Origin: an archaeon
Lineage (GTDB): Archaea; Iainarchaeota; Iainarchaeia; Iainarchaeales; CSSED10-239
DNA length: 32,000 nucleotides
Direction of reading: 5' to 3'
Assembly (NCBI GenBank): GCA_035390665.1
Contig: DAOOUC010000004.1
Location: 1-32,000, forward strand
The notes beneath the pieces are model-generated. The model did no database searches, had not been told where the DNA came from, and was given only the letters and a program-made list of their open reading frames with translations. Positions 23,589 to 32,000 of this stretch are shown here, piece by piece; position 1 is the stretch's first letter, and the number at the start of each line of letters is the position of its first letter. A program made the translations under genes and the position numbers.

Positions 23589-25025
23589 TTAAATAATGTC
23601 GTCTTTTTTTATTTCTATATTACTACTTGTTAAGGTTGGTCTTAAAAGAAGTCTTAATGGATCTTTATCTGGATATCTAATAACTGCGTCATTTCCTTTT
23701 ATTAATTCTATTCTTACATCGCTTATATCTTTATCCCTAAAATCATTTAAATATTCAGAACTTATTACAAAACTTAGTTTTGGATTTTCCTTTAATAAAG
23801 TAATTAATTCTTTTCCTATAAATCCATTATTAATTATTGAATTTAATTCCGGAAGAATAATTAACAATTCCTCTTTTGTTTCTTCTGATATTTTTTTTAA
23901 AATTGTATAAGTGTAATAAACATAAAATGGATCATCCATCTTCAATTGAACAATTTTACTAGATCCTATATTCTTATATGTATTTTCAAATATTTGTGAA
24001 ATGTCTGTATCTCCAAAATAAGAACTATATTCTGTATTAATAATATTTAATTTAGAAATAATTCTCCATTTTTCAAATTCTGTAATTTCATCTGTTAAAT
24101 CTAATTTAATTATTTTTTCTATTAATTCAGATATGTCTTTTAAATTAGAATCAAAACAAGAATCTATGATTTTTTGAGAAACTTCTGTTAATTTAAACAT
24201 ATTAATAAATGCAGATTTTGGAATTATTCCTAAAGGCATTTTAAATTTAAAATATTCATAATTATTTGCAGGAAAACCAAAAGGAGAAATCTTCATATCA
24301 AATTCAGAAAGTAATTCTTCTTTTTGTTGAGGATAAGATAAAGTTTTAAAAACTCCTGTTCCATCAAATACAACAACCTTCTTTGAAGATAACAAATAAT
24401 TTTCACAAATTAATTTTATAGCGAAAATTCTTTCATCTAATTTTCCATTAACAACACAAACAGATCTTAAATTATCTAATGTTGCATTAATTGATATTCC
24501 ATTTTTCTTACCAAGTAATAACTTGTCTATTGAAGAAATCACCGAGAAATCCACAGCTGTTGGTAAATTTGTTAAAATTTTTACAACAAATGGATCTGTA
24601 AAAAAGAAATTCTTTATATTTTCTGGTAATATCTTCAAAGAAATTAATTTTATATTATATGATTTTATTATAGAAACAATGGAACCTGTTGTTTTATTTA
24701 ATTGTAATATCTTTTTTTCAATATGGGTATTTAATTGAGAACTATCTACAATTTCTGTTTCTGTATTTAAAATTAAAAACTTATATGTGTTTTTTTCACC
24801 AATATCAAAATGCTTTTGATAAATTATACATTGATTTGGTAAAGTTTCGGCAAATGTCTCTATGTCTCCATTAACTGAAAATACTTTATAAAGTTGTATA
24901 ACTACATTTGACTTGTCTCTAGATTTAAGGATAGATACAAAATTGTCTTCATCGTAATATATAGAAAGGTCTTTCTGGCCATAGTGACCTTCAAATAATG
25001 TATTCCATGTTGTTATCGGTTGCAT
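23589..25025 (-). CDS. Divergent HerA/DUF87-like protein lacking Walker A and Walker B (predicted inactive paralog of 15735..18248)
   Basis: 478-aa ORF. Three segments align by eye with the ATPase. LLGKKNGISINATLDNLRSVCVVNGKLDERIF matches VLGKKVLMDVSRSHVAIVCGKRGGGKSYT. KVVVFDGTGVFKTLSYPQQKEELL matches SAIIIDTVGIFWTMKYANEEQKDAL. RLLLRPTLTSS matches IKIRPRLTWDG. The Walker B position reads LIILPEL instead of MMIDEAH. Confidence 0.45.
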   Translation of the reverse strand: MQPITTWNTLFEGHYGQKDLSIYYDEDNFVSILKSRDKSNVVIQLYKVFSVNGDIETFAETLPNQCIIYQKHFDIGEKNTYKFLILNTETEIVDSSQLNTHIEKKILQLNKTTGSIVSIIKSYNIKLISLKILPENIKNFFFTDPFVVKILTNLPTAVDFSVISSIDKLLLGKKNGISINATLDNLRSVCVVNGKLDERIFAIKLICENYLLSSKKVVVFDGTGVFKTLSYPQQKEELLSEFDMKISPFGFPANNYEYFKFKMPLGIIPKSAFINMFKLTEVSQKIIDSCFDSNLKDISELIEKIIKLDLTDEITEFEKWRIISKLNIINTEYSSYFGDTDISQIFENTYKNIGSSKIVQLKMDDPFYVYYTYTILKKISEETKEELLIILPELNSIINNGFIGKELITLLKENPKLSFVISSEYLNDFRDKDISDVRIELIKGNDAVIRYPDKDPLRLLLRPTLTSSNIEIKKDDII

Positions 25026-25131
25026 AATTATACCTTTCTTGTAACTTATATTTAAATCAAAACATTTAAATAAATAATATATTATATATCTTTAACAAGA
25101 AAAGACTTATTTTAATAAAAAATGATGAAAA

Positions 25132-25614
25132 ATGGTAGATGTTACACTAATAAAAGACACAATTACTGAATTATTAAGCGCTAATGTTGATAAAGAAACA
25201 ATATTTGCAACATTAAAAGATATAGGAGTAGAAGATGGAGATATTGAAAAATATTATTCTGAAATAACAAATCCTAAAATTCCTAATAAAGAAGAATCTA
25301 GAAAAACAGAAGAACCTAAATTAGCAAATAAACAAGAAATACTTAAACCAACTACAACAACAGAAGAACTAGAAAATGCAACAAATGATGTAATTGAGTC
25401 TGAACCTGAAACAAAAGTAGAACCTGCAATTACTAAAAAAACAGAAAATTTTTCATTTAATGTAACTGATTCTGTTAACACCGAAGAATTAAAAAAACAA
25501 ATTATCGAACTTGAAGAAAAAGTTTCAGAAATTAAAGCGCAAATTAATGGACTTACAAAAATAATGAAAGACATCTTAGAAGAGAACAGAAATATTTTAA
25601 ATAAATTAAAATAA
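25132..25614 (+). CDS. Hypothetical acidic protein with C-terminal coiled coil
   Basis: 160-aa ORF divergent from 23589..25025. It has a T/E/K-rich low-complexity centre and a C-terminal heptad segment (KKQIIELEEKVSEIKAQINGLTKIMKDILE). Confidence 0.5.
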   Translation: MVDVTLIKDTITELLSANVDKETIFATLKDIGVEDGDIEKYYSEITNPKIPNKEESRKTEEPKLANKQEILKPTTTTEELENATNDVIESEPETKVEPAITKKTENFSFNVTDSVNTEELKKQIIELEEKVSEIKAQINGLTKIMKDILEENRNILNKLK

Positions 25615-25616
25615 AC

Positions 25617-25928
25617 CTATTGTTTTCCAAGCATTCTTAATAAATCGTCGTATCCGCCAGAGTCTTCTTCTTCTTGCTTCTTTGATCCAAATATTGAAGC
25701 AATAACAATTATTGCACTCATTATTCCCATCAAATACCACCAAGTAATTGCAATTTCTCCAGTCTTTATGAAAACAATTATCATAAATAATAAAACGAAT
25801 AATAAATTAGTTAATGTAGGATAAAATAAAGAATAAATAATAATTATAAAAACAGAAAAAAAATCATAATTATATTGTGAAGAAATTATCATTAAAATAC
25901 AAATTATAAAAAAATTTAAAAATTCCAA
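25617..25928 (-). CDS. Small membrane protein
   Basis: 103-aa ORF with 3 hydrophobic helices and an acidic C-terminal tail. It lies downstream of rpl15e on the same strand. Confidence 0.45.
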   Translation of the reverse strand: MEFLNFFIICILMIISSQYNYDFFSVFIIIIYSLFYPTLTNLLFVLLFMIIVFIKTGEIAITWWYLMGIMSAIIVIASIFGSKKQEEEDSGGYDDLLRMLGKQ

Positions 25929-25941
25929 AATTTAATCACTT

Positions 25942-26208
25942 TCATTTCTTTATAATAAATAATCCTTTTATATTATTTTTTAAATCACTACCAAAAATAT
26001 AATAAATACCAATACCAATAGCAACTAACCAAATTATTTGAGGATATCTATAAAATAAAAGGAAAACAAGAAAACCTGTCACAAGAATTGCAACAATTTC
26101 ATTTCCAATTTTCTTTTTAGCCCAAACATAAATCGAAATAGAGAAAACTATAAATAATACAATCCAGATTGTGTCTTGAAATGTTGTAGATAGTATTGTA
26201 TTATTCAT
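25942..26208 (-). CDS. Small membrane protein
   Basis: 88-aa ORF with 3 hydrophobic helices, 9 nt downstream of rpl15e. Confidence 0.45.
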   Translation of the reverse strand: MNNTILSTTFQDTIWIVLFIVFSISIYVWAKKKIGNEIVAILVTGFLVFLLFYRYPQIIWLVAIGIGIYYIFGSDLKNNIKGLFIIKK

Positions 26209-26217
26209 TTAATTCAT

Positions 26218-26832
26218 CTACTTTGCTTTTCTATTATTTGCTCTTATTGATGGTCTATTTTTTTCTGTGCCTGTTCCTTTCTTATCTAATCCTCTATTTT
26301 TCTTTCCAGCACTTGTTATTCCTTTATAGACTCTTCCTTTGTTTTGTGGCCAACAAATCCAATTAAGGTCTTTGTCTGCAACAATTCTTGGGTGTGTTGG
26401 ATCAATTAATATTACTTCATAATATTTTTGTTGACCGTCTTCTCCAATCAAATAAGAATTTAATACTTCAAGACCTGGAAACTTTGATGCTGCTCTCATT
26501 TCTGCAATTCTTTGAATGGATATTCTTCTTGTAATTTTGTTTACTCCCATTCTTTTTGGTTTTCTTCCATTTACTGGTCTTCTAATTAATCCTGAACCTT
26601 TTCTTACTTTTGTTAAAGCAACAATTATTCCTTGCTTTGCTTTATAACCTAAAGATCTTGCTCTTGGAATATTTGTTGGATTTTCTAATTTTAATACAGC
26701 TTCTTTTGTGTGTCTGTATTTAATTAATCTATCAGTATATAATTTCTTATAATTATAATTACTGTCTTTTTCTTTTTTAAATTCCTTTTGTATTGTTTCT
26801 TTTATATATTTTGTTGCTGTTGCCATTTTCAC
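26218..26832 (-). CDS. rpl15e: Ribosomal protein L15e (eL15)
   Basis: 204-aa basic ORF. RLIKYRHTKEAVLKLENPTNIPRARSLGYKAKQGIIVALTKVRKGSG and YYEVILIDP match L15e. Confidence 0.9.
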   Translation of the reverse strand: MKMATATKYIKETIQKEFKKEKDSNYNYKKLYTDRLIKYRHTKEAVLKLENPTNIPRARSLGYKAKQGIIVALTKVRKGSGLIRRPVNGRKPKRMGVNKITRRISIQRIAEMRAASKFPGLEVLNSYLIGEDGQQKYYEVILIDPTHPRIVADKDLNWICWPQNKGRVYKGITSAGKKNRGLDKKGTGTEKNRPSIRANNRKAK

Positions 26833-26970
26833 ACCTATTTTTTAAATTATGGTTTAATATATTATTTAACCTACTAGATATAATTATAGTAACGAAACCT
26901 TTATATAGTGGTTGTTAAAATAAGCAAAAATCTAGCTTATTTTCAGAAAAAGAACAAAATTTAGAAAAAT

Positions 26971-27669
26971 ATGCATTTATTCCCATCAGATGTTGCTAAG
27001 AAAAAAGCATTGTTGGCAATATTTCTAATCATATTTGTTTTGATTTTATTTATCATTCTTGTATTTCCAATAGTAAAATACCTAATACGCCCAACACAAT
27101 TAAAATTATTTGTTCTGCAGTTTGGTGTATGGTCACCAATTGTTTTTGTTTTATTACAAACATTGCAAATGCTTTTTTTGATTATACCTGGCGCACCTTT
27201 CTTAATTGCTGGGGGATATGTTTTTGGAAATCTTGGTATTGTTTATTCAGTTATTGGAATAATGATTGGATCAATGATTGTTTTTGGAATGGGTAGATTA
27301 TTTGGTAGGCCTTTTTTAGAAAGTGTTATTGATAAGAAAGCAATTGCAAAAATTGATTATCAATCAAATAATGTTGGAAAAACATTATTTGTTTTATTCC
27401 TTATACCTCCAATTCCACATGATATCTTCAGCTTTATTGCAGGGATTACAACTTTAAAATTTAAAGACTATATGCTTATTTCTTTTGTTGGAAGATTACC
27501 CTTAATTGTGTTTTATACACTTGTTGGATATCAACTTACAAAACTTAATCTATTTTATTCTTTACTGTTATTAATTATTATAGTAATTGGTTCTATTTTT
27601 ATCTTTTATCACAAAGAAAAAATAGAAAATAATATACACGAATACACAAAAAAATTTGATAAAAAATAA
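26971..27669 (+). CDS. DedA / TVP38-TMEM64 (VTT domain) family membrane protein
   Basis: 232-aa polytopic ORF with the family motifs LFLIIPGAPFLIAGGYVFG and FLIPPIPHDIFSFIAGIT. Confidence 0.75.
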   Translation: MHLFPSDVAKKKALLAIFLIIFVLILFIILVFPIVKYLIRPTQLKLFVLQFGVWSPIVFVLLQTLQMLFLIIPGAPFLIAGGYVFGNLGIVYSVIGIMIGSMIVFGMGRLFGRPFLESVIDKKAIAKIDYQSNNVGKTLFVLFLIPPIPHDIFSFIAGITTLKFKDYMLISFVGRLPLIVFYTLVGYQLTKLNLFYSLLLLIIIVIGSIFIFYHKEKIENNIHEYTKKFDKK

Positions 27670-27670
27670 A

Positions 27671-27743
27671 GGTCCTGTGGTCTAGCGGTTATGATGTTAC
27701 CTTGACATGGTAGAGATCCCCGGTCCGAATCCGGGCAGGACCA
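27671..27743 (+). tRNA. tRNA-Val (anticodon GAC)
   Basis: Acceptor GGTCCTG / CAGGACC with discriminator A. D arm contains AGCGGTTA. Anticodon stem TTACC/GGTAG with loop TTGACAT. T arm CCCGG-TCCGAAT-CCGGG. A T6 run follows. No intron. Confidence 0.9.
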
Positions 27744-27759
27744 TTTTTTGGTGAGAATT

Positions 27760-28362
27760 ATGATATCAAAACTTATTTCTTTAATTGTTCTTTTTTTTGT
27801 AATCATTGATCCATTAACTAGTTTTGTTGTTTTTTTTGTAAGCACTAAAGGTTTTGATAATAAAGCTAAAATTAAAATTGCAATTCTTTCTGTTCTTCTT
27901 GCAACCTTTATTTCTTATCTTGTTCTTTTTTTAGGACAGAATCTTTTGAAATTGTTTAGTACAGACATTAATAGCTTTAAGATTGCTGGTGGAATCATTC
28001 TTTTAATTTTAGGAATAAATATGTCTCTTGGTAAATCATTTAATGACCTAGACAAAATGGAAGGAGATTCTGTACATGCCGTTGCTTCAATTATTGCAAC
28101 GCCATTAATCAGTGGCCCAGCAACAATTACTGCAATAATTATCTCGGCTGCAGACTTTGGTAAGCTTTTAACAGGCATTGCTATTGGTGTTATCCTTGCA
28201 ATGATAGGAATAATGTTCTATCTTTCAATTAGATTTCACGATGTTACTTCAAAAGCAAAAACCACTATACAGGTTGTAACCACAATCATGGGACTTATAA
28301 CACTTGCCTGGGGAGTTAACTACATTATCACTGGTGTGCAAGCAATCTTTGGATTTGTCTAA
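27760..28362 (+). CDS. MarC-family (UPF0056) integral membrane protein
   Basis: N-terminal LFFVIIDPLTSFVVF matches the MarC signature (f.iidP...p.f). The protein has 6 hydrophobic helices. I prefer the ATG at 27760 because the track TTG start at 27748 lies in the tRNA terminator T-run. Confidence 0.7.
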   Translation: MISKLISLIVLFFVIIDPLTSFVVFFVSTKGFDNKAKIKIAILSVLLATFISYLVLFLGQNLLKLFSTDINSFKIAGGIILLILGINMSLGKSFNDLDKMEGDSVHAVASIIATPLISGPATITAIIISAADFGKLLTGIAIGVILAMIGIMFYLSIRFHDVTSKAKTTIQVVTTIMGLITLAWGVNYIITGVQAIFGFV

Positions 28363-29036
28363 AGCAACTTCTTCTGATATAAGTCATTAACGATGTTATC
28401 AAGAGTTTTCCATTTTAAACGAGTGTTTTTTGGAAAACTTTTATGCTTCTTAAAATAGTCTTTAAGATAATCAATGGTCTTTGGATCAGAAGAATATCCT
28501 GAAATTTCTAAACCATCTAATTCTTTTTTTAACAATGAGTCTCTTGTTACTTTGGCTAAGATTGATGCACAAGAAACTGATGGGTGATTAAGATCTGCTT
28601 TGTGCTCTGAAATAATCTTACTATCGCAAACACAAGAAATTGCTTTTAAATTGTCTTTTATTCTTCTAGAAAAATGATCAGTGGAAGTGTCTGGAGAATC
28701 AAACACAATTATTTCTGGTTTTGCCTTTAATTGTGAAATTGCAAAACAGGCTTTCTGTGCTTCTATCTCGTTTAAAGAATACTTGTCCATTAAGACATTT
28801 AGTTCTTCGGCAGGAATTGCAGTAATCTTATAATCTTCTGCTTCTTTTTTGATAAGCTCAAATAGTTCTTCTCTTTGTTTTGGAGACAAAAGCTTTGAGT
28901 CTTTTACACCAGCATCTTTAAACATTTTTTCTTTATCTTTATCTATTACACAAACAGCTAAAACTAAAGGACCTAATACGCAGCCCCTTCCGGCTTCATC
29001 AACTCCTGCGACTAGTTGTTTTTTCATTTTAATCAA
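28359..29036 (-). CDS. rnhB: Ribonuclease HII
   Basis: VAGVDEAGRGCVLGPLVLAV (DEAGRG catalytic motif), a later DSKLLSPKQRE, and SCASILAKVTRD. Confidence 0.9.
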   Translation of the reverse strand: MIKMKKQLVAGVDEAGRGCVLGPLVLAVCVIDKDKEKMFKDAGVKDSKLLSPKQREELFELIKKEAEDYKITAIPAEELNVLMDKYSLNEIEAQKACFAISQLKAKPEIIVFDSPDTSTDHFSRRIKDNLKAISCVCDSKIISEHKADLNHPSVSCASILAKVTRDSLLKKELDGLEISGYSSDPKTIDYLKDYFKKHKSFPKNTRLKWKTLDNIVNDLYQKKLL

Positions 29037-29107
29037 GCTTTTTAAATACTTTGTTTATTAAATATAATATAGTACTTATTTTAAAGCTTATTAAATTGGT
29101 GAAAAAT

Positions 29108-29371
29108 ATGAACGGAACAATAACAAATTACAGAATGGGTGTAAACACACAAAAGAACAATCATTTACTTATAAAAATAGATGATGAGAAATACAATAGC
29201 AAGATTGCAGTAGCTCCATTACTTGGAAAAAAAGTAGTTTTTACAACTATTGGAAAAAAAGTAATTAACGGAAAAGTTGCTTCAGCTCACGGTAACAAAG
29301 GAATAATTAGAGTTATCTTTGAGAAGGGTCTTCCAGGAGACGCAATTGGACAAAAGGTAGAAATCAAATAA
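29108..29371 (+). CDS. rpl35ae: Ribosomal protein L35Ae (eL33)
   Basis: GKVASAHGNKGIIRVIFEKGLPGDAIGQKVEI matches the L35Ae C-terminal signature. I chose the start at MNGTITNYRMG. The track ORF starts at 29051. Confidence 0.85.
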   Translation: MNGTITNYRMGVNTQKNNHLLIKIDDEKYNSKIAVAPLLGKKVVFTTIGKKVINGKVASAHGNKGIIRVIFEKGLPGDAIGQKVEIK

Positions 29372-29404
29372 AGGTTTCTATTTTTTAAAAATCAAAGAAA
29401 ACTT

Positions 29405-30157
29405 ATGGATAAAAAACTATTTCTTGAAAAAACAATAAAAGATCTTAAAGTTGAACTTGAAAGCCCAGATCAAAGAATTATTGCACTTTATCAAATTGTA
29501 GATAAACTACCTAAAAACATTAACGAACTTTTTGAACAACTAAGGGTTGTTACAGACACAATCTATCCAAACTTAGAAAAAGAAATTAATGTTAAAGATT
29601 ATTGTAAAATACTTTTGTTGGAAAAAGTAACAATAGAAGAATTAAAGAAAATTGGAATTACTAATACAAAGGTAATTGAGATTATTGATTCTGGAGTATC
29701 AATAACTTTAGAAGAAAAAGAAAAAAAACTTATTAAAAATTTTGCAGAAAATATTTTAGAACTTATAAAAATAAAAGAAGAACTTGAAAATCAAGCACAC
29801 ACAATTGCAGAAAAAACATACCCTACTTTTTGTTCAGTTACAGGAACAAAGATTGCTTGTCAGATGCTTGTTATTGCCGGATCTATTTCCAGACTTTCAA
29901 GAATGCCAAGTTCTACTATACAGCTTCTTGGTGCAGAAAAATCTTTATTTAAATCAATAAAAATGGGAAATAAGAAGACTCCAAAATATGGTCTTTTGTT
30001 TAATCATTCTCTTATTATTAACAAAACTAAGAAAGACAAAGGCAGAATTGCAAGATTTTTAGCAGGAAAAATTGTTATCGCAATTAAAGCAGACATTTCA
30101 GGTAAAGACTTAAGAAAGGAATTAAGTGAAAAAATTTCTAAAAAAATAAAGGAATAA
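29405..30157 (+). CDS. nop5: Nop5 (Nop56/58) box C/D sRNP core protein, unusually short
   Basis: Nop domain: AGSISRLSRMPSSTIQLLGAEKSLF...KTPKYGLLFNHSLI...KGRIARFLAGKIVIAIKAD. It is directly followed by fibrillarin, the conserved archaeal gene pair. It is only 250 aa. Confidence 0.85.
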   Translation: MDKKLFLEKTIKDLKVELESPDQRIIALYQIVDKLPKNINELFEQLRVVTDTIYPNLEKEINVKDYCKILLLEKVTIEELKKIGITNTKVIEIIDSGVSITLEEKEKKLIKNFAENILELIKIKEELENQAHTIAEKTYPTFCSVTGTKIACQMLVIAGSISRLSRMPSSTIQLLGAEKSLFKSIKMGNKKTPKYGLLFNHSLIINKTKKDKGRIARFLAGKIVIAIKADISGKDLRKELSEKISKKIKE

Positions 30158-30159
30158 AT

Positions 30160-30765
30160 ATGAGTATAAAAAACCTAATTAGAGCAGACGGAAACTTCTA
30201 TACTCTTGACCTTAATACCAAAGAAAAAAGACTTTGGGAGCCAACAAGATCAAAAGTTTGTGCTGCTTTAAAAAAGGGTGTTAATTTCTTACCAATTAAA
30301 GAAGACTCTATTGTTCTTTATCTTGGATGTGCAGAAGGTTATACTTGCTCATATCTTTCAGATATTGTTGAGAAAGGAACAATCTATGGAGTTGATCTTT
30401 CTCCACACAGTATGCAAAAATTTGTGTTACTTTGTAAAGAAAGAAAAAATCTTGTGCCTGTACTATTTGATGCTAATAAACTTGAAGATTATGATCTTCT
30501 TAAAGGATTAAAAGTAGATGTAATTGTGCAAGATGTTGCTCAGAAAAATCAAGTAGAGATATTAAACAAGAATGCTTTACTTTTTTTAAAGCCAAACGGT
30601 TACTTTATATTAAGTCTTAAAACAACAGCAATATCTCAGAAAAACACAAGAGACATAATTGAAAATGAAATTAAAAAACTTGAAAAAGACTTTGAGATAA
30701 CTGAAAAAAGAAGACTTGATCCTTTTGAAAAGAAACATATGATAATAATTGGAAAAAAGAAATAA
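30160..30765 (+). CDS. flpA: Fibrillarin-like rRNA/tRNA 2'-O-methyltransferase
   Basis: LWEPTRSKVCAALKKG, the SAM motif VLYLGCAEGYTCSYLSDIV, GTIYGVDLSP and DVIVQDVAQ. It starts 2 nt after the nop5 stop. Confidence 0.9.
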   Translation: MSIKNLIRADGNFYTLDLNTKEKRLWEPTRSKVCAALKKGVNFLPIKEDSIVLYLGCAEGYTCSYLSDIVEKGTIYGVDLSPHSMQKFVLLCKERKNLVPVLFDANKLEDYDLLKGLKVDVIVQDVAQKNQVEILNKNALLFLKPNGYFILSLKTTAISQKNTRDIIENEIKKLEKDFEITEKRRLDPFEKKHMIIIGKKK

Positions 30766-30775
30766 TTATTGTTTT

Positions 30776-31711
30776 TTAAATCAAAAATAGAATTATATTA
30801 AAAATAATATACATTAATAATAATAATCCGCCTTCTTTCTTTGTTAACTTTTTATCTAATATCACATAGATAAATGAAATTACAGCTAAACCAAAAATTG
30901 GAATTGCAATTGTAAAAAGGGTTACTGGAACAATAATAAAACCAAAAAATCTTGAAAAACTTGTAACAATCAAAAGATCGATTATACTTGCACCAATGAT
31001 GTTAGCAACTGCAATATCAAGATGACCTTTTCTTAAAGACACTAATCCTACAGTTAATTCTGTAAGACTTGTTCCAAAAGCAATAACTGTTATTGCAATA
31101 ATTTCTGGAAAGATTCCAAGAATTTTTGAAATATGTAACATTGAATCAACAACATATTTTGAACCAACATAGATTAAGAAAGAATAAATTAGAAGTAAAA
31201 AAATACACATAAAGGTATTTGACTTAGGCCCAGATTCTTCTAATTTTACTGGTTTTGATAACCTGTATTGATATGCAGAATATGCAATATAGATTAAAAC
31301 ACATAAAATAGCCTCAATCATTGTAAAATTATTATCAATTATAAACAGAATAAAAAGACAAGAAACTGTTGCAAAAATCCATAAATCGGTTTTTATTGTT
31401 TCTTTGTATAAATATTTTGTACCATATAAAAATCCAACTAATCCAATAACTAAAAACACATTTGTTGTAACTGAACCAAGAACTGTTGGTATAACAATCT
31501 CTGATTCTCCTTTTAGTGTGGCATAGATAGAAGATGCAAGTTCAGGAAGAGTTGTTCCAATACTTACAATAATTAGGCCTATAAGAAATGTTGAAAGCCC
31601 TAAATTCTTCCCAAGTTCTTTAGATTTATCTACAAATAAATCCGCAGTATAAATCAAAATAAATAAACTTACAATAAAAACAAAAGCCCAAAATAAGAAA
31701 GCAAATAACAT
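30776..31711 (-). CDS. Na+/Ca2+ exchanger family (CaCA, YrbG-like) membrane protein
   Basis: Two alpha-repeat signatures, GTTLPELASSIYA and GTSLTELTVGLVS, in a 10-TM-like 311-aa ORF. Confidence 0.85.
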   Translation of the reverse strand: MLFAFLFWAFVFIVSLFILIYTADLFVDKSKELGKNLGLSTFLIGLIIVSIGTTLPELASSIYATLKGESEIVIPTVLGSVTTNVFLVIGLVGFLYGTKYLYKETIKTDLWIFATVSCLFILFIIDNNFTMIEAILCVLIYIAYSAYQYRLSKPVKLEESGPKSNTFMCIFLLLIYSFLIYVGSKYVVDSMLHISKILGIFPEIIAITVIAFGTSLTELTVGLVSLRKGHLDIAVANIIGASIIDLLIVTSFSRFFGFIIVPVTLFTIAIPIFGLAVISFIYVILDKKLTKKEGGLLLLMYIIFNIILFLI

Positions 31712-31775
31712 TTTAATTTTCCTCTAAATTTTTAATTTTCTATGTTTAAATATATTAAATAAGAACAAAAAGTAT

Positions 31776-32000
31776 TTAAAGATAAATTAAACCAAACAAA
31801 AATGCAAGATAAATTAATATTGCAAATATACTGTGAAAATAGTTTATTTTTTTTAAATTTATTATTACTCCAAATAATATTATTGAAATTAAATAAAATG
31901 GAACAATAAAAAATATTGTTTCTTGAAATATTATTGGGCCAAAAAATCTAGTAATGCTTAATATTCCTAAAGTCTTTATTATGTTTGAACTTATTATTGT
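31776..32000 (-). CDS. C-terminal fragment of a second CaCA-like membrane protein (gene continues beyond the window)
   Basis: An open frame runs from the window edge to a TAA at 31776-31778 (74 codons, no Met, so absent from the track). ...SNIIKTLGILSITRFFGPIIF... parallels ANIIGASIIDLLIVTSFSRFFGFIIV in the neighbouring exchanger. Confidence 0.5.
   Translation of the reverse strand, partial: TIISSNIIKTLGILSITRFFGPIIFQETIFFIVPFYLISIILFGVIINLKKINYFHSIFAILIYLAFLFGLIYL

Noticed and set aside
27609-27845. 78-aa minus-strand ORF
   Set aside because: It runs straight across the tRNA-Val gene and the ends of two well-supported plus-strand genes, so it is spurious.
1869-30511. About 22 short track ORFs nested in or antisense to longer genes (1869..2090, 2042..2284, 2664..2846, 4281..4475, 4667..4855, 8065..8295, 11988..12188, 12601..12840, 15249..15461, 15716..15952, 16160..16438, 17789..17992, 18401..18586, 20536..20907, 23071..23259, 23596..23910, 24523..24738, 24689..24874, 25254..25574, 27915..28178, 28849..29061, 30278..30511)
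   Set aside because: Each overlaps a longer ORF that has a recognisable family signature or coherent membrane or coiled-coil character. Their translations are F/L/S/I-rich, low-complexity mirror images typical of antisense frames in AT-rich DNA.
1-32000. CRISPR arrays, rRNA genes, prophage or transposon content, and stop-codon reassignment
   Set aside because: I saw no regularly spaced direct repeats, no rRNA-like conserved stretches and no integrase, transposase or capsid-like ORFs. Recognisable proteins (TFB, TrxB, SufS, PanD, the ribosomal proteins) are full-length under the standard code, with TAA, TAG and TGA all used as stops.

Overview
This is a visibly AT-rich, very gene-dense archaeal chromosome segment. 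The archaeal assignment rests on TFB, Alba, ribosomal proteins L44e, L15e and L35Ae, Nop5 plus fibrillarin, and a tRNA intron with a bulge-helix-bulge motif. Small proteins, abutting or overlapping genes and many unrecognisable lysine-rich ORFs suggest a reduced, DPANN-like genome, but that lineage call is inference. I call about 42 CDS, 2 tRNAs (Trp-CCA with a 90-nt intron, and Val-GAC), one intein, and two GC-enriched multi-hairpin intergenic elements of unknown identity. I saw no CRISPR array, rRNA, transposase or integrase. The items most worth a second look are: (1) a HerA/FtsK-type ATPase whose Walker A loop is split by a full-length LAGLIDADG intein, translationally coupled to a polytopic membrane protein, with a second divergent paralog about 5 kb away that has lost both Walker motifs; (2) a ~485-aa protein that by eye looks like a miniaturised, degenerate family-B DNA polymerase; (3) a tight three-gene cluster of basic proteins of unknown function, two of them tandem paralogs; (4) the two structured intergenic elements. 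All homology calls come from motif recognition by eye against remembered family signatures. No searches or folding calculations were run.
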